This document shows, in pieces, positions 29,858-36,013 of a stretch of DNA of 36,013 bases. The position numbers and the translations under genes are program-made. Source of the DNA: a virus. The first letter of the stretch is position 1, and the number at the start of each line of letters is the position of its first letter. The notes under the pieces are model-generated. The model was not told where the DNA came from. It searched no databases and saw only the letters and a program-made list of their open reading frames with translations. The stretch lies in UHGV virus genome UHGV-0124616; one strand, given 5' to 3'.

Positions 29858-30166
29858 TTACCTCGCTGTCAGTTGTTTTGATTTCCGGTAGCCTGCCGCG
29901 TAAATGGCTACGTTTGGCAGGCAAATACTTCCACTGCATTCATCTGCCTTCTTGCAGCGAATGCTTCCGAGTGATATTGCTTTTTCAGAAAGGCTTAAAC
30001 GCTTTCTTGGGGCTTCCTGAACAGGTTCCTCACTGTCTGTGCCGAAGATCGAATCGATGATGTTGCAGATGGAATCACGCTCGATAGCCAGCTTTCTGCG
30101 CCGCTCATGACGGCGAGTTTTGGCATTTCCTGCAAATGTTGATTTTCCGTACACGATTACCGTCAT
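29858..30166 (-). CDS. N: Antitermination protein N, P22 gene 24 type
   Basis: 102 aa from an internal ATG with RBS GAGGA. N-terminal arginine-rich motif GNAKTRRHERRRKLAIERD; sequence resembles P22 gp24 as recalled. First gene downstream of pL/nutL. Confidence 0.85.
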   Translation of the reverse strand: MTVIVYGKSTFAGNAKTRRHERRRKLAIERDSICNIIDSIFGTDSEEPVQEAPRKRLSLSEKAISLGSIRCKKADECSGSICLPNVAIYAAGYRKSKQLTAR

Positions 30167-30285
30167 GATGTTTTCCTCATGTGAAATGGCTTTGGTGGTG
30201 ATGCGCCAGATGCTGATCTTCTGGTTGCTGTCGTTGCAGCTGCAATTCACATCACCGCCAAACCCATCTCGTTTGGTATCTGTTT

Positions 30286-30320
30286 GCGCTTTGTCAGCGC
30301 CCCATCGAAGTTAAAGAGCA
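30286..30320 (-). promoter_or_regulatory. nutL site (boxA TGCTCTTTAA, boxB GCGCTGACAAAGCGC) on the leftward transcript
   Basis: Reverse complement of 30311-30320 is the boxA-like TGCTCTTTAA. Reverse complement of 30286-30300 is the boxB hairpin GCGC-TGACAAA-GCGC (P22-type GACAA loop). Confidence 0.8.
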
Positions 30321-30365
30321 TGCCAATCTGTTCCGTTTGGCTTCCAGCTTCCTGCTGATGTGTTT

Positions 30366-30428
30366 AGTATCACCGCTAGTGGTATGTGTGTCAACACCGC
30401 CAGAGATAATTTATCACCGCAGATGGTT
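30366..30428 (-). promoter_or_regulatory. Lambda-type left operator oL1-oL2-oL3 with pL
   Basis: Three 17-bp lambda operators: TATCACCGCTAGTGGTA (30368-30384), CAACACCGCCAGAGATA (30392-30408), TATCACCGCAGATGGTT (30412-30428). On the minus strand -35 TTGACA and -10 GATACT with 17-nt spacer. Confidence 0.9.
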
Positions 30429-30583
30429 ATATGTATGTTTTTTATATAGATTTATTTTTTGCCGGGGTGTGTTGCTGTGGTGGTGTGATCGAGAGATCAG
30501 AATTGCGATGTTTAGTGAGTTGTATCTATTTATTTTTCAATAAATACAATTGATTATGTTTTTTATGTGGACGATCGTGAGGC

Positions 30584-30610
30584 AAAGAAAACCCGGCGCT
30601 GAAGCCGGGT
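30584..30610 (-). terminator. Terminator ending the cI operon (tIMM-like)
   Basis: On the minus strand, hairpin CCCGGC-TTCAGC-GCCGGG followed by TTTTCTTT, 7 nt after the 290-aa gene stop. Confidence 0.55.
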
Positions 30611-30616
30611 TGTATA

Positions 30617-31489
30617 TTATTTAATTTCTTTTTCCGGTAAATACATTGTCATTTGAACAGGTTTCTTTCCATAGTGTTGAGCTACTCGACTTCTTAGCTC
30701 ATGCATGGTGTCGCATGTTTTTGCGACCCCAATAACCTCCCAGCACCTTGATACAAGCTGCCTTACACCTAGGTTCTCGGTTAACTGTCTATGCCAGTGA
30801 ACTCCTGCCGCAGGCTTGTTTTCTTTAAGATATTTAGCCACATCTTCGTCAAGAGTGTCATAAATTAACTCTATAACTAATTTCCCCCACCATTTGGGCC
30901 TTGATTGCAATGGGGTGCTCCATCCTGTCAATCTACCAAATTCTTCCCATAACTCATCAGGAAATGTTTTTTCCCATGCTCTTAGTTCCTCAGCGATGAA
31001 CGCCCTGAGTTTTACTTGGAGAGCATCCTCTGCGCGCTCATACTGATACCCAGTAGCCTCATCAATTAGAGCATCTAACCCAGTCCTAGTTAAACCCGCT
31101 GTTAATACAGCGCATTTAATTGCTATTTCTCGCTGTCTATCTGTCAATGGCGCGCCTTTGTATAGCGCCTGTACATAGCCGCGACAAATCAATTCAAATT
31201 GCTCAGTCTTAAGTCCTTGGCTCTTAAATTGGGTTCCTGGTATGGAAAACTCTATGAGTTCGGCCAGGACTAAGTCTTTGTCTATAAAGCCATTAAGTGA
31301 GCTAACGCCAATAAATTTAGCCAGGTCTCCTGACTCCGCATTGGCAATTGCTTTTACAGTTGCTCGCAAAGCTATAACACGATGTCCAGTGTCAAGCACA
31401 TAGCAATCAATACTTTCACCACCTAAGTCGATCTTCCCCTTCCATTTTGCGAATGGGGATGGTAATTGCTGTAAATCATCATGTTCCAT
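30617..31489 (-). CDS. Uncharacterized 290-aa protein in the rexAB slot; candidate lysogen-expressed exclusion/defence gene
   Basis: Same strand as cI, starting 32 nt after the cI stop (internal ATG at 31489) and ending 7 nt before the terminator. No Walker, HExxH or other motif I can recognize. Confidence 0.6.
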   Translation of the reverse strand: MEHDDLQQLPSPFAKWKGKIDLGGESIDCYVLDTGHRVIALRATVKAIANAESGDLAKFIGVSSLNGFIDKDLVLAELIEFSIPGTQFKSQGLKTEQFELICRGYVQALYKGAPLTDRQREIAIKCAVLTAGLTRTGLDALIDEATGYQYERAEDALQVKLRAFIAEELRAWEKTFPDELWEEFGRLTGWSTPLQSRPKWWGKLVIELIYDTLDEDVAKYLKENKPAAGVHWHRQLTENLGVRQLVSRCWEVIGVAKTCDTMHELRSRVAQHYGKKPVQMTMYLPEKEIK

Positions 31490-31520
31490 TAATTGAATTA
31501 CCCTTTTTCGCTGCGTTGAA

Positions 31521-32237
<717 letters not shown>

Positions 32238-32240
32238 TTA

Positions 32241-32309
32241 AATCTATCACCGCAAGGGATAAATATCTAACACCGTGCGTGTTGACTATTTTACCTCTAG
32301 CGGTGATAA
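32241..32309. promoter_or_regulatory. Lambda-type right operator oR3-oR2-oR1 with divergent pRM and pR
   Basis: TATCACCGCAAGGGATA (32245-32261), TAACACCGTGCGTGTTG (32268-32284), TACCTCTAGCGGTGATA (32292-32308). pR -35 TTGACT and -10 GATAAT on +; pRM -35 TAGATA and -10 TAGATT on -. Confidence 0.92.
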
Positions 32310-32334
32310 TGATTGCATGTACTAAGGAGGTTGT

Positions 32335-32535
32335 ATGGAACAACGCATAACCCTGAAAGATTATGCAATGCGCTTTGGTCAAACCAAGACGGCTAAAGAT
32401 CTCGGCGTATATCAAAGCGCGATCAACAAGGCCATTCATGCAGGCCGAAATATTTTTTTAACTATAAACGCTGATGGAAGCGTTTATGCGGAAGAAATAA
32501 AGCCCTTCCCAAGCAACAAAAAAACAACTGCATAA
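32335..32535 (+). CDS. cro: Lambda-type Cro repressor
   Basis: 66 aa, [38 protein letters not shown]..., matching lambda Cro as recalled. RBS AAGGAGG. Confidence 0.97.
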   Translation: MEQRITLKDYAMRFGQTKTAKDLGVYQSAINKAIHAGRNIFLTINADGSVYAEEIKPFPSNKKTTA

Positions 32536-32542
32536 GTAACAC

Positions 32543-32577
32543 CGCTCTTTATCAATCTGCACCGCCGACAACGCGGT
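32543..32577 (+). promoter_or_regulatory. nutR site (boxA CGCTCTTTA, boxB ACCGC-CGACAAC-GCGGT)
   Basis: boxA at 32543-32551 and boxB hairpin at 32561-32577, immediately downstream of cro. The boxB loop carries the GACAA core also seen in nutL. Confidence 0.7.
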
Positions 32578-32590
32578 AACTAATTAAGCA

Positions 32591-32620
32591 CTCATCGAAA
32601 GATGAGTATTAGTGATTATT
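32591..32620 (+). terminator. tR1-like weak terminator between nutR and cII
   Basis: Hairpin CTCATC-GAAA-GATGAG followed by the U-rich stretch TATTAGTGATTATTT. Confidence 0.4.
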
Positions 32621-32641
32621 TACCTATGGAAATAGTAAGAA

Positions 32642-32938
32642 ATGGAACAAACAAGTTACAGCAAACTATCACAGCGCGACGTTGATCGCGCAGAAACAGA
32701 TTTACTCATCAACCTGTCAACGCTTACCCAGCGCGGTCTGGCAAAGATGATTGGCTGTCATGAATCGAAGATAAGCAGAACGGACTGGAGATTTATTGCT
32801 TCGGTCTTGTGTGCTTTTGGAATGGCATCAGACATCAGTCCGATTAGCAGGGCTTTTAAGTATGCGCTTGATGAAATCACAAAGAAAAAATCCCCGGTGG
32901 CCGCCGGGGACTCTAAGCAAATTGATATGCAATTCTGA
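32642..32938 (+). CDS. cII: cII-like transcriptional activator
   Basis: 98 aa in the cII position. ...[15 protein letters not shown]... and C-terminus [18 protein letters not shown] parallel lambda cII (QISRWKRDWIPKF..., KKRPAATERSEQIQMEF) as recalled. Confidence 0.75.
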   Translation: MEQTSYSKLSQRDVDRAETDLLINLSTLTQRGLAKMIGCHESKISRTDWRFIASVLCAFGMASDISPISRAFKYALDEITKKKSPVAAGDSKQIDMQF

Positions 32939-32970
32939 GGGAATTACTGGATCAATCCACAGGAGTCATT

Positions 32971-33117
32971 ATGACAAAACAACTCAGTCCTTACCAGGAC
33001 AAAATTCACAAACACATACTACGTGATCGCTTCCTGTCCAGCTTCAAGCAGCCTGGTCGATTCCGGGCTGAGTTGGAAAAAGTGAAGCTGATGCAGAAGG
33101 AGAAAGGTCATGAGTAA
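32971..33117 (+). CDS. Small basic ORF (48 aa) between cII and the O-like gene
   Basis: Hand-translated [48 protein letters not shown] with strong RBS AGGAG 5 nt upstream. Its stop overlaps the O-like start by 8 nt. Below the track cut-off. Confidence 0.35.
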   Translation: MTKQLSPYQDKIHKHILRDRFLSSFKQPGRFRAELEKVKLMQKEKGHE

Positions 33118-33970
33118 TCTTGCAACCGTAACACATTTAAGGCCTTCACAACGGCCTGTGGAGCGTCGTGTGGCAGAAGTTGAATATGGTTATACCCGTC
33201 TTGCAAATGCCCTGTATGAAGAGCTTATCGGCGCAGATTTAACGAAAAATCAGAGCAAGGTTGCCCACGCCATATGCCGTAAAACATACGGCTACGGTAA
33301 AAAGATGGATCGCATCTCTGATAGTCAGTTAGCTCAAATTACCAGGCTGCCAAGACAGAAGGTAAACAAGGCCAAGAATGAGCTTATCGCGATGAAGGTT
33401 ATCCTTCGCGAAGGCCAGCAAATCGGGCCTAACAAGAACATCGAGGAATGGCAAATAGAAGGGTGTCACTACTCTGGTGATAATGTCACTGCATTGGTGA
33501 CAAAAAGTGTCACCAAAACGGTGACAGCGCTGTCACCAAAACAGGGACACACAAAAGAAACTATTACAAAAGAAAAAAGAAATAATAAAAACACTATGTC
33601 CGAAAGTGTTCGGACGGAGTGTGAAAAATCACCTGACCGTCACGAAGAAACCGACAAGGCATTCGAGGAAATATTCTGGTGTGCAGGCATGCGGAAGGCC
33701 GGGAAGAAAAACGCAGCTTCGGCATTCAGAACACAGTTCAGGGAATGGCGTAAAACTACAAGGGGTACGGCAAGCGAGTTTGCCACGATGCTGGCAGAAG
33801 ACATCGCATGCAGGAATGGTAAGCAGTTCGGATTCGACAGGTTGTTACCATCGAGCTACCTGAACGGTCAGCGCTGGAACGACGAGAAGCCAGAAACCAT
33901 TCAACCACAATCCAAACCATCATCCGCAATCACCGTATCGAAAACTGGCTACGTGTTTTTCGACAGGTGA
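33110..33970 (+). CDS. Replication initiator, lambda O-like N-terminal domain
   Basis: 286 aa. Residues about 20-120 ([14 protein letters not shown]...[40 protein letters not shown]...GPNKNIEEW) parallel the lambda O N-domain as recalled. Divergent C-terminus. Confidence 0.8.
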   Translation: MSNLATVTHLRPSQRPVERRVAEVEYGYTRLANALYEELIGADLTKNQSKVAHAICRKTYGYGKKMDRISDSQLAQITRLPRQKVNKAKNELIAMKVILREGQQIGPNKNIEEWQIEGCHYSGDNVTALVTKSVTKTVTALSPKQGHTKETITKEKRNNKNTMSESVRTECEKSPDRHEETDKAFEEIFWCAGMRKAGKKNAASAFRTQFREWRKTTRGTASEFATMLAEDIACRNGKQFGFDRLLPSSYLNGQRWNDEKPETIQPQSKPSSAITVSKTGYVFFDR

Positions 33971-34077
33971 ACCATGAAATCAAAAATCAAATCGCTACTG
34001 GTCGCTGGTTATAACCACGGCTGGTTAAGTATTTCGTTTGTCGATTTCTGGTTTAAAAATCTCAATCTGAGGGAATC

Positions 34078-35958
34078 ATGACACCAAGTGAACTTAGCGA
34101 CCTGCTTTGGGCGCAGGTTGACAGGGTGGCTCCGCACCTGTTGCCAAACGGCAAGAAAGAGGGGCATGAGTGGGTTGCCGGTAACGTCAACGGTGACAAG
34201 GGAAACAGCCTTAAGGTCAACCTTAGCGGCAAGAAAAAATGGGCTGATTTCGCTGAGGGAGACGGCGGTGACATGCTTGATTTGTGGATGGCATGTCGTG
34301 GAATTAACCTGCATCAGGCTATGCAGGAAGCGAAAGCCTTTCTCGGAATCAAGGATGACGATCACCATTTCGATGCCAAACGTGAGAAGAAATTCTCCAG
34401 ACCTGACCGCAAGAAAATCGCCCGCTACGTTACCAGAACAGAATCCCATCTTGAGTACCTGCAATCGCGTGGCATATCGCCAGAAGTCGTAAAGCGCTAC
34501 GAGGTTGTCAGCGGCAAGGTGTGGAATGGAGAACGAGAACTTGATGCACTGGTGCTTCCGTACAAACGCGATGGTGAGTTGTTGCAGGTCAAGCGAATCA
34601 GCACTGAGCGCCCGGACGGGAAGAAAGTCATTATGGCAGAAGGTGATTGCGAACCTTGTCTGTTCGGATGGCAGGCTCTGGACGCTGGCGTGAGGGCGGT
34701 TGTGCTTTGCGAAGGCGAAATTGATTGTATGAGCTATGCGCAATACGGCATCTCGGCGTTATCCGTGCCGTTTGGTGGCGGGAAAGGCGCTAAGCAACAG
34801 TGGATTGAGTTTGAGTATCACAACCTCGACAGGTTTGAGGAAATATTCATCTCGATGGACGTTGATGATGTTGGTCGTGAAGCCGCAAGGGAAATCGCAA
34901 GCCGACTCGGTGAACATCGTTGCCGTCTTGTTACTCTGCCGTACAAAGACATCAACGAATGCCTGATGAACGGTGTTACCGAGGATGAAATCTGGCAGTA
35001 CATCGGCACGGCATCCTACTTCGATCCTGAAGAACTCTACAGTGCGCGAGAGTTTTACCAGGACACTATCAACGCTTTCTACGGCAAGCAGCAGTATCTG
35101 TTTAATCCACCGTGGGAATCTCTGGCAGATAAATTCCAGTTCCGTGAGGCAGAGTTGACGCTGGTCAATGGTGTGAACGGTCACGGAAAAACGGAGGTTG
35201 TCGGGCATATGGCACTTGAGGCAATGCGTCAGGGTGTGAAGACGTGCATCGCGTCACTTGAGCTGAAGCCTGGTATTCTCCTTAAGCGCCTTACCCGTCA
35301 GGCGACGTGCTGCAAGATGCCGCCAGTGCTGGAAATTGACTCTGCATTTAAATTTTATGACGAAAGACTTTGGGTGTTTGGCCTGACCGGAACGGCGAAA
35401 GCCGACAGGCTGATCGAAATATTCGACTACGCTCGCCGCCGATACGGCATCCAGTTATTCATCATCGACAGCCTGATGAAATGCGGCATAGGTGACGATG
35501 ACTATAACGGGCAGAAAGCATTTGTTGACTCGATTTGTGACTTCAAAAACAAAACAAACTCCCACGTCATTCTCGTTACTCACTCCAGAAAAGGAGATAG
35601 CGAAGAAAAACCAACCGGGAAAATGGACGTAAAAGGCTCTGGAGCGATAACAGACCTGACAGACAACCTTTTCATCATCTGGCGTAACAAGGCTCGCGAG
35701 AGAGCGTTACAGAGAGTTCAGAGTGGTGAAAAGATGTCAGAGAAGGACGAACAGCTACTGGCATCTCCGGCATCTGTTTTGATGCTTGAAAAGCAACGTA
35801 ACGGCGAAGGTTGGGAAGGTGGTGTCCCGTTGTTCCTTGACGAGCAATCGCACCAGTTCCTGCAACTTGAATCAGGATCGCCTTATAGCTACATCGCCAA
35901 TATGCCGAAATCGGAATATGACGAGGCGTGGCGACAGGAAAACGTGACGGAGTATTAA
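34078..35958 (+). CDS. Bifunctional DNA primase/helicase (Toprim primase domain plus DnaB-like SF4 helicase)
   Basis: 626 aa. Toprim-like acidic motif VVLCEGEIDCMSYAQYG, then Walker A LVNGVNGHGKT and Walker B-like LFIIDSL. Follows the O-like initiator. Confidence 0.85.
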   Translation: MTPSELSDLLWAQVDRVAPHLLPNGKKEGHEWVAGNVNGDKGNSLKVNLSGKKKWADFAEGDGGDMLDLWMACRGINLHQAMQEAKAFLGIKDDDHHFDAKREKKFSRPDRKKIARYVTRTESHLEYLQSRGISPEVVKRYEVVSGKVWNGERELDALVLPYKRDGELLQVKRISTERPDGKKVIMAEGDCEPCLFGWQALDAGVRAVVLCEGEIDCMSYAQYGISALSVPFGGGKGAKQQWIEFEYHNLDRFEEIFISMDVDDVGREAAREIASRLGEHRCRLVTLPYKDINECLMNGVTEDEIWQYIGTASYFDPEELYSAREFYQDTINAFYGKQQYLFNPPWESLADKFQFREAELTLVNGVNGHGKTEVVGHMALEAMRQGVKTCIASLELKPGILLKRLTRQATCCKMPPVLEIDSAFKFYDERLWVFGLTGTAKADRLIEIFDYARRRYGIQLFIIDSLMKCGIGDDDYNGQKAFVDSICDFKNKTNSHVILVTHSRKGDSEEKPTGKMDVKGSGAITDLTDNLFIIWRNKARERALQRVQSGEKMSEKDEQLLASPASVLMLEKQRNGEGWEGGVPLFLDEQSHQFLQLESGSPYSYIANMPKSEYDEAWRQENVTEY

Positions 35959-36013
35959 ATGACCATCTACATCACTGAGCTAATAACAGGCCTGCTGGTA
36001 ATCGCAGGCCTTT
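35959..36013 (+). CDS. 5' partial ORF (hydrophobic N-terminus MTIYITELITGLLVIAGL), function unknown
   Basis: ATG 1 nt after the primase-helicase stop; the ORF runs off the window end. Confidence 0.3.
   Translation, partial: MTIYITELITGLLVIAGL

Noticed and set aside
30337-30543. 68-aa + strand ORF spanning oL/pL
   Set aside because: It overlaps the three lambda operators and the pL promoter, is Cys/Leu-rich, low-complexity and AT-rich; most likely non-coding.
34009-34743. 244-aa minus-strand ORF overlapping the primase-helicase gene
   Set aside because: It lies entirely antisense to a well-supported 626-aa gene with Toprim and Walker motifs, has no RBS and no recognizable motifs; most likely an antisense artefact.

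Overview
This window looks like most of a circularly permuted genome of a mosaic temperate lambdoid phage of Enterobacteriaceae, not a chromosomal segment. All calls rest on reading the sequence and ORF track against remembered protein families; no searches were run. Reading left to right: tail of a ninH-like gene, a 933W-type Q antiterminator, two tRNA genes, a lambda-type lysis cassette (S, R, Rz/Rz1), a terminator-bounded accessory island (Rha plus four small genes), then a complete P22-like packaging and virion module (TerS, TerL, portal, scaffold, coat, gp4, gp10, tail needle, gp14/7/20/16, tailspike). A lone Mnt-like repressor sits divergent from the tailspike. Next come a candidate attP with a P4-type integrase and a convergent AlpA-like excisionase, then the leftward early operon on the minus strand (hypotheticals, DUF551, Ea22-like, exonuclease, SSB, Rad52-like annealase, cIII-like, P22-type N with nutL). 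The immunity region is lambda-type (oL/pL, cI, oR/pR/pRM, cro, nutR, cII-like), followed by an O-like initiator and a primase-helicase. The most interesting locus is a single uncharacterized 290-aa gene in the slot where lambda carries rexAB, between cI and oL, which I propose as a candidate lysogen-expressed anti-phage gene. No CRISPR array, IS element or transposase was seen.
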